From Oligoflexia bacterium (GTDB lineage Bacteria; Bdellovibrionota; Bdellovibrionia; JABDDW01), in assembly GCA_020847095.1 (NCBI GenBank), contig JADLCR010000058.1, positions 3,778-67,777 on the forward strand: 64,000 nucleotides of DNA, read 5' to 3'. Both the position numbers and the translations under genes were made by a program. Of the stretch, positions 26,290 to 36,721 are shown one piece after another. How positions within the stretch are numbered: position 1 is the stretch's first letter; each line of letters begins with the position of its first letter. The notes below the pieces were generated by a model. It had not been told where the DNA came from and made no database searches. It worked only from the letters and a program-made list of their open reading frames with translations.

Positions 26290-27729
26290 ATGCATAGAGC
26301 ATGTGGTGTAGTTCTTTGTGTTTTTTGGATTTCAGTTTTTGGTTCTGCGGCAAAGGCCGAATTGCCGGTGGAAAAGGCCATATTGACTGTTCCACCCGAA
26401 GTACCACCGCCGATAACTCGCACTCGGCCAGCTAAAGTCGTAGTAGAAATCGAAGTGGTTGAAAAAGTTGGAAAGCTCGCTGACGGAGTTGATTATACCT
26501 TTTGGACTTACGGCGGGTCAGTTCCAGGTAAATTCATTCGCGTTCGCGCCGGTGATACTGTTGAATTTTATCTCGCCAATCACCCGAACAACAAGTTGCC
26601 GCACAACATCGACCTTCATGCGGTAACGGGCCCGGGCGGAGGTGCCGCAAGCACATTTACAGCCCCGGGGCATAAGTCGAAATTTACCTTTAAAGCGCTT
26701 AATCCCGGACTGTACATCTATCATTGTGCGACCGCTCCGGTGGGGATGCATATTGCCAACGGTATGTATGGCTTGATTTACGTTCAACCCGAAAAGCCAC
26801 TCCCGAAAGTTGATAAAGAATTTTATATTGTTCAAGGGGATTTTTACACTAAAGGCAAATTCGGTGTGAAAGGGCATCAACCCTTTTCGATGGAAAGAGC
26901 AATCGATGAAAATCCAAGCTATGTAGTATTTAACGGATCTGCCCTTTCTCTAACGGGAGATAATGCGATTAAAGCTAAAGTTGGAGAGTCCGTAAGATTA
27001 TTTGTTGGTAACGGTGGTCCCAATCTAGTCTCTTCGTTTCACGTCATTGGTGAGATTTTTGACAAGGTTTATTACGAAGGGGGCACAAACTTTCAAGAAC
27101 ATGTTCAAACGACTATTGTTCCTGCCGGCGGCTCAGCAATTGTGGAATTTAAGCTAGATACCAATGGAACCTACATACTTGTGGACCACAGCATTTTCAG
27201 GACATTTAATAAAGGTTCACTGGGTATGCTAAAAGTGGACGGCGAACAAAACAAAGCCGTTTACTCAGGTAAAGAAGTTGATGAGATTTACTTAGGCGAT
27301 GAGTCAGTTGCGAAAAACCTTAAGGGCAAACCCGATACTACGGCCCAAGAAAAACCTGGCAAGAAACTTGATGGAAAAACTCTTTACGCTAGAAACTGCG
27401 CGATGTGCCATCAGGAATCTGGACTTGGCCTAGAAGGCGTGTTCCCTCCGTTGGTAAAATCGGATTACATGTATAAACTAGCCAACAAGAAAGACCGTAC
27501 TGAGTTGATCTCAATTCCCCTTAAAGGATTGCAAGGAAAGATTACCGTCAATGGGAAAGAGTATAACGGAATTATGACTGCCGTTTCTAACTTGACCGAC
27601 GAGGACCTGGCCACACTTCTTACTTGGGTGACAAACACCTGGGGAAATAGTGCGCCAGCATTTACTACTGAAGAAATCAAGAAGGCTCGAACAACCATCG
27701 GTAACGGACCAGGGGCAGGTGGGCACTAA
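26290..27729 (+). CDS. nirK: Copper-containing nitrite reductase with C-terminal cytochrome c domain
   Basis: [33 protein letters not shown] and VDH supply all type-1 and type-2 Cu ligands. Heme motif CAMCH follows a linker. Signal peptide and RBS GGAGG present. Confidence 0.97.
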   Translation: MHRACGVVLCVFWISVFGSAAKAELPVEKAILTVPPEVPPPITRTRPAKVVVEIEVVEKVGKLADGVDYTFWTYGGSVPGKFIRVRAGDTVEFYLANHPNNKLPHNIDLHAVTGPGGGAASTFTAPGHKSKFTFKALNPGLYIYHCATAPVGMHIANGMYGLIYVQPEKPLPKVDKEFYIVQGDFYTKGKFGVKGHQPFSMERAIDENPSYVVFNGSALSLTGDNAIKAKVGESVRLFVGNGGPNLVSSFHVIGEIFDKVYYEGGTNFQEHVQTTIVPAGGSAIVEFKLDTNGTYILVDHSIFRTFNKGSLGMLKVDGEQNKAVYSGKEVDEIYLGDESVAKNLKGKPDTTAQEKPGKKLDGKTLYARNCAMCHQESGLGLEGVFPPLVKSDYMYKLANKKDRTELISIPLKGLQGKITVNGKEYNGIMTAVSNLTDEDLATLLTWVTNTWGNSAPAFTTEEIKKARTTIGNGPGAGGH

Positions 27730-27731
27730 TC

Positions 27732-28505
27732 ATGCCTCGATTTCTAGTTTATTTGGTCATCTTAACCTTCGGACATACTTTTCAGGTTTTTAGCTCAAGC
27801 CCGGCAGAGATTCCTGCCGGGTCCTTTACGCCATTATTTGGACTTGATAAGAACCAAAAGGCGTTTCGAGTTGATGCCTTTTTGATCGATCGAACCCCAG
27901 TTACAAATAGTGAATTCAATCAGTTTATCAAAACCCACAAAGATTGGCGACGAAGTCAAAAGACGTCTTTGGTTGCGGATCAAAACTACCTCAAGCACTG
28001 GCGTGCGGATGGCCCAAGCATCAAACAACTGCATTTGCCTGTGACTAACGTTTCGTGGTTTGCTGCAAATGATTATTGTACCTGGAAGGGAGGAAGGCTA
28101 CCTTCGACACTTGAATGGGAATATGTGGCCGCTGCGGATTCAAAGAAGGCTGATGCGTCAAAAGACCCAGAGTTCACTTCCAAGTTACTCAAATGGTACG
28201 AAAAACCGAGCGGCGACGAGAACCCTCGACCGGTTGGTGCTAATGGCGAAAACTTTTATGGTGTAAAAGATCTTCATCAACTTATTTGGGAGTGGACCTA
28301 CGACTTTAACGCAACATTTGTGACTGCAGATAACAGACAAGACGGAGACAAAATGAAAAACTTCTTTTGTGGCAGTGGTGCTATCAACGCAAATTCCAGA
28401 GAAGATTACGCGGCGTTTATGAGATATGCGTTTCGCAGTAGTTTAGGTGCTTCATTTACTGTTAACAATTTAGGATTTAGGTGCGCTTATGATAAAAAAA
28501 ATTAG
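27732..28505 (+). CDS. Formylglycine-generating-enzyme (FGE-sulfatase) domain protein, NirV-like
   Basis: PVTN-x-EF, PVTNVSWFAANDYC-x-W-x-GGRLPSTLEWEY, WEW, GFRCA. Directly downstream of nirK. Confidence 0.88.
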   Translation: MPRFLVYLVILTFGHTFQVFSSSPAEIPAGSFTPLFGLDKNQKAFRVDAFLIDRTPVTNSEFNQFIKTHKDWRRSQKTSLVADQNYLKHWRADGPSIKQLHLPVTNVSWFAANDYCTWKGGRLPSTLEWEYVAAADSKKADASKDPEFTSKLLKWYEKPSGDENPRPVGANGENFYGVKDLHQLIWEWTYDFNATFVTADNRQDGDKMKNFFCGSGAINANSREDYAAFMRYAFRSSLGASFTVNNLGFRCAYDKKN

Positions 28506-29022
28506 TTCAGTTTTAATTGTTACTTTTTTCATTTCAACTGGTGCGGCAAACCCGAAAACCTTTTATGATTTAGGCTATAAATGGAAAACCGACCAAGGCA
28601 AAACTGTGACTCTTAAATCATTCAAGGGTCAAAAGGTAGTCGCCACCATGGTTTACGCTTCCTGTCAGACAGCCTGTCCATTGATAATCAAGAAGCTTCA
28701 AAAGGTTCATGAAGTTCTGAGCAAACACAAGGTGGCAGCTCAGTTCTTCATCGTTTCATTTGATTCAAAACGAGACAGTTACAAAAAATTAGGCCATTTT
28801 AAAATGCATAACGATTTAAATGAGGATAATTGGACGTTAGCGGTAGGTTCAGAAGCAGATACAAGGGCCTACGCAAATATTCTTGGGATTAAATATTCTC
28901 AAAATCCTGAGTCTGGTGAGATTATGCACGATAATAAAATTATCCTAATAGACGAAAAGGGTAAAATCGTAAAATCAATCGAGGGGCTTGACGCCTCAAT
29001 TGAAAAAGAGGACCTCTTTTAG
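28489..29022 (+). CDS. SCO family copper chaperone
   Basis: YASCQTACP (CxxxC) and the conserved His in IMHDNKIILID. Confidence 0.92.
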   Translation: MIKKISSVLIVTFFISTGAANPKTFYDLGYKWKTDQGKTVTLKSFKGQKVVATMVYASCQTACPLIIKKLQKVHEVLSKHKVAAQFFIVSFDSKRDSYKKLGHFKMHNDLNEDNWTLAVGSEADTRAYANILGIKYSQNPESGEIMHDNKIILIDEKGKIVKSIEGLDASIEKEDLF

Positions 29023-29040
29023 TGAGCTGAAAAACCAATT

Positions 29041-29544
29041 TTAATATGAATACGGGAGATATTCGCAGAATGATTTTTCTCCCTGCTCCAGGTCATCAAT
29101 CCGAAATCCATTAGTTGTTGTCCTTAGGCGCCGCTTTGAGCTTTGATGTCCGTAACCAAAGATGAATCCCCAAGCCTCAAAATTTATTTCAGTTTCTGAC
29201 ATTTTCGTGACGTACGTCAGCGAACCTTTTACGGGAGCTACACAAACTACTCCGTTAACATCAAGGTGAATCGCTGGTTGGTTGATTCGCTCAAAATTTC
29301 CGAAGTGCACATTGTACTTGCCTGCGACCAACCTCTTAATTTCTTTTAGACCAAAAGAGAGGCCAAATTCTTTGTCGGTGAAAAGAAAGGGTTCAACAAC
29401 AACTTGTTCATAGATATCGTCATCACACTTGGCTGAATAAAATGATTTTCCCAAAAGGTCTGAAATTTTCATTTTCTGAGTCTTTGACCCCGCAAATGAC
29501 GCGCTAGAAATCAAAACGATTGCCATAAATGCAAATATTTTCAT
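29041..29544 (-). CDS. Secreted hypothetical protein
   Basis: RBS GGAG before ATG 29544, signal MKIFAFMAIVLISSASFA. Confidence 0.75.
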   Translation of the reverse strand: MKIFAFMAIVLISSASFAGSKTQKMKISDLLGKSFYSAKCDDDIYEQVVVEPFLFTDKEFGLSFGLKEIKRLVAGKYNVHFGNFERINQPAIHLDVNGVVCVAPVKGSLTYVTKMSETEINFEAWGFIFGYGHQSSKRRLRTTTNGFRIDDLEQGEKSFCEYLPYSY

Positions 29545-29778
29545 AATTTCTCCCAAATCGACGAGCCAAACTAGAGCGATGTTTAGCTCAAGACCCACTG
29601 AATAACAAGGTGAATGTTGAAAATCTAACGCCGCTAGTCATCGCTAAGCGATTTGGCTTTAGGCTATGTGTGACTTGTCAGAGTCTTTCGCAATAATTTA
29701 GCGCCAGACTTTGACTTCGAATGTTAGCTGAGTGTAGGTTGCCGCCTACACACTCGTCGAAGTTTGGGGAGGGGAAGT

Positions 29779-31053
29779 ATGTTCGAATTATTTCACTTAA
29801 TTGCGTGCTCATTGATTACGTTATCTGCTCTCGCCGACGAGCCAAGATTGCCGTCTCCTTCCGATCAGGATTCAAGAATCGAACATGCTGAAGCGCCTTC
29901 TTCGTCACAAGGTCACCCACTCCAATTATTTATGCTAAGTCCCACCGCTGTCACTCGATCCGAACCCCAACGGTCTATTCAAGGGAATTTTTCGATGAGT
30001 AACACCTGGGGGCCGCCCGTGGCGCTCATCAGTTGTACCGGTACCCCTTGCGCTGAAAGAGACCCTATTCAGATGAACGCCGCGCCTGTAGCTGTAAGGT
30101 TTTATTCAAGTGACGGAGTCGTGCGAGACTACCAAATTCGCTACACCGAACCGTTTGGCCCGAAAACTGAACTTCAAGTTTCATTTAATTTTTACCAACT
30201 AAATGGATGCGGCACCATTGATAAACCGGTCTGTGACGGATTTATCGAATGGTTTCATCGCTCTCTCACCGCACACCCGGATCCTTTTGGCCGCGGGCAA
30301 AGGCCATTTGACCAAGCTCAAATTTCTATCTACGACAATCAAAATAGATTTTTCGAAGTTAAAGACGGCCAACTTTTTCTAGGAACCCTTGACCTTTCAG
30401 TTATTCGATACATCAAGCTCATAGATAAGGCCGGAAAAACGCTCACCTCTATGAACGTTGGAGTACATTCAGCGGTCCCGCTTAATAGCACCCATCCTTA
30501 CGTTCCGGCGGCTATTTCCGCTGAACTCACTAACACGACTGCATTTAGAAAAAATGGCAGCTGGAGTTTTACCACCTCCGTTGGAGGCAGTCTTACGGCT
30601 CACTCCTTGATTCCATTAAAGGAATCGAACATCAACCTCGTCGATGATGATAAGAAAATTACTCCCGCCTATCATTTCATGTTGGCCTTCAATAAGGATT
30701 ATAAAACCAAGAGACTTTCAGCAGGAATGGAACTTACTGGTCGGAGTTCATTCTTGGATAAAAACAATTACGATTACTGGATGCCTATTAATAATTTTGG
30801 TACCAAAGCTAGCCCCGATCCTTCTACTGTGGGGAAGAACCGAACAGTGAACTCACTTTTAAACCCCGTCGAGTACGCTACATTTTTTCTTACAATTAAA
30901 AGTAAAAAATCCCAACGCTCTTTTACGGTTTATGCTCGAGAGGACTTATCTATATTCGGCCCGTCGCCTAGGCTTTTTAACGGAGGAAATAATGGGTCGG
31001 ATTTCACCGTAGGCGGGAGCTTTAAATGGGGCTTCAATATTAAGAAAAAATAA
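29779..31053 (+). CDS. Putative outer-membrane protein, DUF3187-like
   Basis: RBS GGGGAGGGG before ATG 29779, signal peptide, P-L-Q-L-F-M-L-S-P, SMSNTW, DGFIEWFHR...DPFGR, beta-strand-rich with C-terminal SFKWGF. Confidence 0.6.
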   Translation: MFELFHLIACSLITLSALADEPRLPSPSDQDSRIEHAEAPSSSQGHPLQLFMLSPTAVTRSEPQRSIQGNFSMSNTWGPPVALISCTGTPCAERDPIQMNAAPVAVRFYSSDGVVRDYQIRYTEPFGPKTELQVSFNFYQLNGCGTIDKPVCDGFIEWFHRSLTAHPDPFGRGQRPFDQAQISIYDNQNRFFEVKDGQLFLGTLDLSVIRYIKLIDKAGKTLTSMNVGVHSAVPLNSTHPYVPAAISAELTNTTAFRKNGSWSFTTSVGGSLTAHSLIPLKESNINLVDDDKKITPAYHFMLAFNKDYKTKRLSAGMELTGRSSFLDKNNYDYWMPINNFGTKASPDPSTVGKNRTVNSLLNPVEYATFFLTIKSKKSQRSFTVYAREDLSIFGPSPRLFNGGNNGSDFTVGGSFKWGFNIKKK

Positions 31054-31062
31054 GACTCTGAA

Positions 31063-32274
31063 TTATCGAAAGATGTTGTAGTAGGACTCTAATCTGCCAA
31101 GAAGTTTCTTTTCATCTTTTGATAACTGTTCTTTTGAAGTGAGAACCTTGAGGTATTTTTCCGTTGCCGAAATCGAATCCTCAACCTGGCACTGAAGGCA
31201 AATACGATCTTCAACACCTTTTGCTTCTACGGTGCCTTTAATTTCATCCAAAAATTTTACGAGTCGACTGTGGACATACGTAATGGCCTCAACGGAGCGC
31301 TGCCTAACTTGCTCGGGGTTCTGAAGCGACGAACCTTGAATCGCGTGAATCTGAGCGTACCAACCATAGTGATCCGACAGCCTGATCATGGTGCCGTCGT
31401 TTGCTTTTATCTCTTGGTCAAACTCACGTCGATGCTGAGTAATTTTGAGACGAGGTGAGACCCAAATAAAATCAATTTGTCCGTTGTTTCGATTTTCATT
31501 GAATAGGTTTTCTGGACAAGAAGTGCAGGTCTTTTTATCAAACTCCTCGAGGCGCAGACCATCAAGCCCTGTCATTTTAAGCCAAATATTGTATTCGGGA
31601 TGTTTGTACCGAAAATTAAAATCTCCTGAAACCACAAAGGCGTCTGATTCGGTTTGTTCAACGATATGGCGAAAGATGTCAAACACTGCCATAAAGCGAT
31701 GAACTATATATTTATCTTCTGGAATTTCGGCCAAGTCCCCTTCGCCCCATCGAGCTATGGTGTGAAGATTATGAAAGGTCACTGGAAGTCCGCGCACAGC
31801 GTATGTGGTACTCGCAATTCCCTTTCCAGAAACGGCCTCGCCTTCGCTCGTTACAGATGATAACTTGCCACCCAAAGTGAACTCCCTAAAAGCCGCTCGA
31901 CCCGCAGGCTCGTGCGAGAGAAAGTACAATCCAGATCCGACCGTTCTTGGGGGACTAAAGTAGAGCTCTTTTGAAAGCTTACTTTGCCTAAAGATGGCCT
32001 GACGGCTTTCTTTTTGCCACGCCTCTTGAATCAACGTTACGTCGGGATTGAGTTTTGACAAAATATTGCCAATGACCGGCATTCGTTCTTCTTTGTACTT
32101 ACTTATTGCCCACAGTCCCCAAACATTTAAAGACGCGGTGGTTAAACTCCACTCGCTTAAATCCTTTAGTCTAGTATGTTCGGTGATGGGCTCGACGAGG
32201 GCCGGCGTGACCATCAAACAGCGAGTTAATGAGACCGCTGTTAGAACTACAAGTAGTTTTGAACTCAGTCTCAT
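31063..32274 (-). CDS. Endonuclease/exonuclease/phosphatase family hydrolase, neutral-sphingomyelinase-like, exported
   Basis: SLNVWGL, IQEAW, GSGL-x-x-LS-x-x-P, GKGI, NLHT, VSGDFN, QIDFIWV, LSDHYG. Confidence 0.85.
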   Translation of the reverse strand: MRLSSKLLVVLTAVSLTRCLMVTPALVEPITEHTRLKDLSEWSLTTASLNVWGLWAISKYKEERMPVIGNILSKLNPDVTLIQEAWQKESRQAIFRQSKLSKELYFSPPRTVGSGLYFLSHEPAGRAAFREFTLGGKLSSVTSEGEAVSGKGIASTTYAVRGLPVTFHNLHTIARWGEGDLAEIPEDKYIVHRFMAVFDIFRHIVEQTESDAFVVSGDFNFRYKHPEYNIWLKMTGLDGLRLEEFDKKTCTSCPENLFNENRNNGQIDFIWVSPRLKITQHRREFDQEIKANDGTMIRLSDHYGWYAQIHAIQGSSLQNPEQVRQRSVEAITYVHSRLVKFLDEIKGTVEAKGVEDRICLQCQVEDSISATEKYLKVLTSKEQLSKDEKKLLGRLESYYNIFR

Positions 32275-32380
32275 GAAGCCCCCCGCAAGGCTGATCTTAT
32301 TATTGTGACAAATTTGCTGTATTTCGTTTCGGACAAGAAATGAACAAGGTTTAATTTTGGATCTAAGTCGAGGCGTTTTA

Positions 32381-32396
32381 CTAGACTCTTGTCTAG
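32381..32396. promoter_or_regulatory. Perfect CTAGAC-TCTT-GTCTAG palindrome
   Basis: In the divergent intergenic region, 48 nt upstream of the decarboxylase ATG. Confidence 0.5.
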
Positions 32397-32444
32397 ATCG
32401 CCATTTTATTCTATCAATGAGCTAACCGCAATTGAGGCATTAAC

Positions 32445-34229
32445 ATGAAATCGAGTAGAAAAGTGAAGTGCTCACATGAAGACATTGCCCTAAAATCATT
32501 TTTTATCGGACCGCAGTCCGAAAATGCCGAATGGACTCAACGCGAAATCAATCGGATTCTCAAAAAATATTTTTCGTGGAGAAGACATCTCTTCCATAAA
32601 GACGGAAGGGTCATTTCGGCTCATGATCAGCAAGATAAGTTATTTAAGAAGCGCCAGGCTGATCTGGCACAAAAACTTCATCGGCTCTCTGATAGGTTTG
32701 AAGGCGAAACTCCAAAGCACACCCCAAGATACGTTGCTCATATGGTTTCAGAAGTTAGCCTCCCGGCGCTTCTAGGCCACTTTCTAACCCTTCTCCACAA
32801 TCCCAATAACATCGGAAAAGAGGTGGCAAAGGTTGGTCTCGAAATGGAAGCGGAGGCAATCGATGATTTAGCAACACTAGTGGGCTATAAAAAAGGCGTT
32901 GCCCAGGGTCACTTTACTTCAGGCGGCACAGTCGCTAACATTGAAGGACTTTGGCGAGCCCGTTTTCGATTCGATCATTGGCTATCGCTAGGAAGTTACC
33001 TCAGAAATTACAATAAGAGTCGCGAATCACTTTTTGAGCTCGCCCATATGGGTTGGGATCAATTCAAAAAAACTATTCAAAAACATCAAATTGCTGACGA
33101 AGCATTAAAGTCTTATAGCTTAGTTGCAAGCCAACCCTGGGTGGCTTTTCGCCACCTTGAAGCCGGATTTGGCCATCAATTTAATGGCGCTGTCATTTTA
33201 GTTCCTGGACATAAACACTATTCTTGGATGAAAGCCGTAAGCCTTTTGGGTTTCGGAGAAGAAGCCTTTTGGAGCGTAGAACTTGATCGTTTTGGTCACA
33301 TGAAACCCAGCGATCTTAGTCTCAAAATCGACAGGGCTCGAAAGGCAAACCGCCCAGTGGCCATGGTCGTTAGTGTCGCCGGAACCACCGAGCTTGGCGA
33401 CGTTGACTCCGTTCATGAAATTCAAAACACCCTTGATGATTTGAAGAAAAATCAGGGAATTCATATTTGGAATCATATCGACGCCGCTTACGGAGGATTC
33501 TTCTGCTCCACACTTAAAGATCCCGTTTCTCAAAAGATCTTATCAGAACGCACTCTTCAGGCTTTTCAAGCTCTTCACCGGGCCGAATCAATTACATTAG
33601 ATCCTCATAAGTTAGGTTACGTGCCCTATTCTTGTGGCGCCATTTTGGTAAAAGATGAATCTTGCAATGGCGTTTCTCAGTTTGCCGCCGCCTATTTAGA
33701 TCAAACAAAAGAGCGTCAGATTTGGACAACAACTCTTGAAGGGTCTCGACCGGCTATGGGTGCAACCGCCGTATGGTTATCCTCTCAATCCCTAGGCTTT
33801 AACGAAAAGGGATTAGGCGTCATTTTAAGAAAGTGCCTTGAAGCTCGAGTTGCATTGACTCAGCTCATTTTGGAGCAGCTACCTGAAGTCAAAATAATCG
33901 ATGCGCAAGATACAAATATTTTTTGCTTCAGCGTTGCGCGATCAGGCCAGAAATCATCGGTTGCCAACAAACTGACAGAGAAACTATTTGATCGTATCGT
34001 GAAAAGTCCGGAGTTTTCGGTTTCAAGAACCATTTTGCATGTGAATCAATATGGCGAATTAATCAGGCATAACGCTGCGAACTGGTCGCTGGAACTTGAT
34101 TCCGATCGTCTCTTTTTAATTAGAATTGTTTTGATGAATCCATTTTCAACCTCGAAGGTTTCTAAGTTTGACTACCTTCAAGGCTTCGTCACTTTTCTCA
34201 AGCGAGAGATCAAAAGAATAGCCAAATAG
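32445..34229 (+). CDS. Group II PLP-dependent decarboxylase, tyrosine-decarboxylase-like
   Basis: FIGPQSEN, GHFTSGGTVANIEGLW, AGTTELG-x-VD, HIDAAYGG, SITLDPHKLGYVPYSCG (PLP Lys), TLEGSR. Confidence 0.9.
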   Translation: MKSSRKVKCSHEDIALKSFFIGPQSENAEWTQREINRILKKYFSWRRHLFHKDGRVISAHDQQDKLFKKRQADLAQKLHRLSDRFEGETPKHTPRYVAHMVSEVSLPALLGHFLTLLHNPNNIGKEVAKVGLEMEAEAIDDLATLVGYKKGVAQGHFTSGGTVANIEGLWRARFRFDHWLSLGSYLRNYNKSRESLFELAHMGWDQFKKTIQKHQIADEALKSYSLVASQPWVAFRHLEAGFGHQFNGAVILVPGHKHYSWMKAVSLLGFGEEAFWSVELDRFGHMKPSDLSLKIDRARKANRPVAMVVSVAGTTELGDVDSVHEIQNTLDDLKKNQGIHIWNHIDAAYGGFFCSTLKDPVSQKILSERTLQAFQALHRAESITLDPHKLGYVPYSCGAILVKDESCNGVSQFAAAYLDQTKERQIWTTTLEGSRPAMGATAVWLSSQSLGFNEKGLGVILRKCLEARVALTQLILEQLPEVKIIDAQDTNIFCFSVARSGQKSSVANKLTEKLFDRIVKSPEFSVSRTILHVNQYGELIRHNAANWSLELDSDRLFLIRIVLMNPFSTSKVSKFDYLQGFVTFLKREIKRIAK

Positions 34230-34328
34230 TGCCATTTTGCCCCGCAAATACCTCAACCAGTGCGCCGCAAGTAATTTTGCTTTCACCCTCCAAATGGCTC
34301 TTAAATCCCATTAAAGCGCTAATGAGCC

Positions 34329-34344
34329 GGGCACCCCGGTTGCT
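34329..34344 (+). promoter_or_regulatory. Sigma54 promoter GGGCAC-CCCGG-TTGCT
   Basis: Matches TGGCAC-N5-TTGCW at all positions but the first, 27 nt before ATG 34372 (RBS GGAGG). Confidence 0.75.
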
Positions 34345-34371
34345 CTTGGCAGGCGTCGGAGGAACGTAACG

Positions 34372-35865
34372 ATGTCAAACGCAAAATTCCTATTCAGCCT
34401 GATACTCATTGTTTTCAGTTTTGAATCTCGAGGACTTAGTCAGACCGCACCAATCTGGGGGGTCAGCTTCCCTGATGAGTTAGTCAAGAAAATGCCGGTG
34501 ACTTTTCCAATCCGATCACAACTAACTTTCGGCGGCAATCTTTCGAGCGACTTTGCTGACTTCGTTGATTTCATTAAGACAGAATGCTCAGCTCGCTTTT
34601 CCATTCGCTACAAATCCGATCAAGTCTCCATCGATAAGGCCCTCGATCATCTAGAATCAAAGGCCCAAGTCTCCGAGCGCATTACTTGCACGCTTCCCTA
34701 TCTCGTTGGCCTGCTCAATCTATCGGGCAAGGCCCTTCAGCCACAAGCGTTGATCAACAACGAACGCTTTGATGTTCCATCCACCTTGGCGGCAGCCGCC
34801 CTAAATATGGATTTTGATGCCATAGGAAAAATTCCCCATGAAGGAGCTAAGCTTCTAACTCTTCTCAGGGCTGTATCAACCTCATGGAGTGCGATTTCTC
34901 AAATTTCAGCTCAGTGGTTCAACGCCTCCCAAAGATTTCACCCTCTCCGAGTTCGACAATTCCAGCCATGGCTGACAGAATTTTCTCCCCTCACCTCGTT
35001 GATTAAATACAACTTAGAACTTCCTTGCACCGATACAACGGGAGCGGAAACTTGTATTGCAACTCGTTTACAGATCTCTCGAATCGTTCAAATCAGTCTG
35101 ACTCGCATAAACTCCACTCCAGAAGTTAAAAGGTTTTTGGGTCTTCAAAATGCAGATAAGTTGGCCATGCTTCCGCAGCTGGTTCGTATCAATGGTCTTA
35201 CGGCGATTCTCAACTCCACACTCGATGATTACGGACCCTTCCAAGGAATCTGGTCAAATAACAAGGCCTTTCAAGATGAGTCGAGGCAATGGTCTTTTCT
35301 GAAAACTATTTTAAAACATTCGCTTCGTCTTCTTGATGTGCCCATGCTCGAGGCCATCGCCGATACGGCAAAACCAGGTCAGGAGTTTCTGAATATTGTA
35401 TTGAGCACCGCCAAGCAGGATCTCACCGCTCATGGAAATTTACTTTCCCAAAAAAATGATTCCGAAATTGCCGATATTGTAAATGCCCGAGCCCTTGCCT
35501 ACGGACTTAGAAGTACCTACGGCGGCGTTGGCGCTAAACCCGATCGGGACTTTCTTCGACGCTTTCTCAGCTTAAAGCAATTTGTCGATCTGCAACAAAA
35601 GGCTAACCAATATGGCTATAGCATTTGCTCCCGCTGCTCAGATCGACTCACACGTAAGGAGTCCCGCGACCTCGAAACAATGGTGGGAACCATCGCTCAA
35701 ATGATGGCTAACATTAAAGAGCTCATTCTTGTGGGTGCTGAGCCCATGCCTCCCAGCCCCGCAACCAATCCAACCGAACAAGAAGTCGTTAATAGAAATG
35801 CACAAACACTAGAACACATATTCGAACTAGTTCGCGCGAATATCGAACTAGCAAAGGAGAACTAA
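34372..35865 (+). CDS. Secreted, mostly helical hypothetical protein (operon gene 1)
   Basis: Signal MSNAKFLFSLILIVFSFESRG, 497 aa, no family recognised. Confidence 0.8.
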   Translation: MSNAKFLFSLILIVFSFESRGLSQTAPIWGVSFPDELVKKMPVTFPIRSQLTFGGNLSSDFADFVDFIKTECSARFSIRYKSDQVSIDKALDHLESKAQVSERITCTLPYLVGLLNLSGKALQPQALINNERFDVPSTLAAAALNMDFDAIGKIPHEGAKLLTLLRAVSTSWSAISQISAQWFNASQRFHPLRVRQFQPWLTEFSPLTSLIKYNLELPCTDTTGAETCIATRLQISRIVQISLTRINSTPEVKRFLGLQNADKLAMLPQLVRINGLTAILNSTLDDYGPFQGIWSNNKAFQDESRQWSFLKTILKHSLRLLDVPMLEAIADTAKPGQEFLNIVLSTAKQDLTAHGNLLSQKNDSEIADIVNARALAYGLRSTYGGVGAKPDRDFLRRFLSLKQFVDLQQKANQYGYSICSRCSDRLTRKESRDLETMVGTIAQMMANIKELILVGAEPMPPSPATNPTEQEVVNRNAQTLEHIFELVRANIELAKEN

Positions 35866-35866
35866 A

Positions 35867-36721
35867 ATGAAGGAACTTAAAACAGCCATCTTCTCGACAC
35901 TCTTTCTCTTTGTCGTCAGTTGCAGTTCGGACTCTTCATCGGCTGCTAAGGGCCCTGGAGTTTCAAACTTTGGGGGCACACTTATTCTCGAATTGGATTC
36001 CCAGAAGTTGGCAACGGAACTCAATCCCGCTAACAGATCTCTCGCCCTTCAACTTACAAAAAATGGCAATTGTTATCAGTGGAGTGCTCAACTCAATGGA
36101 GCCATTGATACTTCAGGCCGCCTTGAAGACGGTGAGGTAAGGCCTACTCAAGCTAAAGGATCCCTTTCAGTTGTTCAAACAAAACTAGGAGTCGCTCTAC
36201 GACCACAGGGATCGGCGGAAAAGTGCCGGTCTTTGCTCCCCACTCGCGTTGCAATCACAGGGTCCTTAAGTGAACTAATCTTAAAAGTACGATTTCCAAA
36301 ACTCTCTGAACTCTACGGTTTAGAACCCGTAGATCCCTCATTTGAGCTACCGGGAGATTTCTACTTCTTTACCGGAGATCTACCACTGGTTAGCCCCCTA
36401 ATGTCCGTGACGACCAACGAGATTCATGGGGTGGTTCTGACCAACTCTGCAATTAACAATATTCACGACGATTATGAATATGCGAAGCAAACGGGGATGT
36501 TCGAAATCAAAAAGAAGCACTACCAGATTAAGGCGGCAGATGCTCATGTCAAAATTTATCACGAGCAACGCCTGTCACCGTCTCGAGAGCGAATTTGGGT
36601 TGAAGTCGCCAATCTCGCTAGTCAGCTATTTCAGTTTGAAACAACTGACCAAAAACAACAGTTTTTTAATCGCGTCATGAAAAATGCAAAAGCAAAAGAA
36701 CTTGGGGGTAACAATGACTAA
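35867..36721 (+). CDS. Hypothetical lipoprotein (operon gene 2)
   Basis: RBS AAGGAG, lipobox-like LFVVS-C followed by a Ser-rich tether, beta-rich. Confidence 0.8.
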   Translation: MKELKTAIFSTLFLFVVSCSSDSSSAAKGPGVSNFGGTLILELDSQKLATELNPANRSLALQLTKNGNCYQWSAQLNGAIDTSGRLEDGEVRPTQAKGSLSVVQTKLGVALRPQGSAEKCRSLLPTRVAITGSLSELILKVRFPKLSELYGLEPVDPSFELPGDFYFFTGDLPLVSPLMSVTTNEIHGVVLTNSAINNIHDDYEYAKQTGMFEIKKKHYQIKAADAHVKIYHEQRLSPSRERIWVEVANLASQLFQFETTDQKQQFFNRVMKNAKAKELGGNND

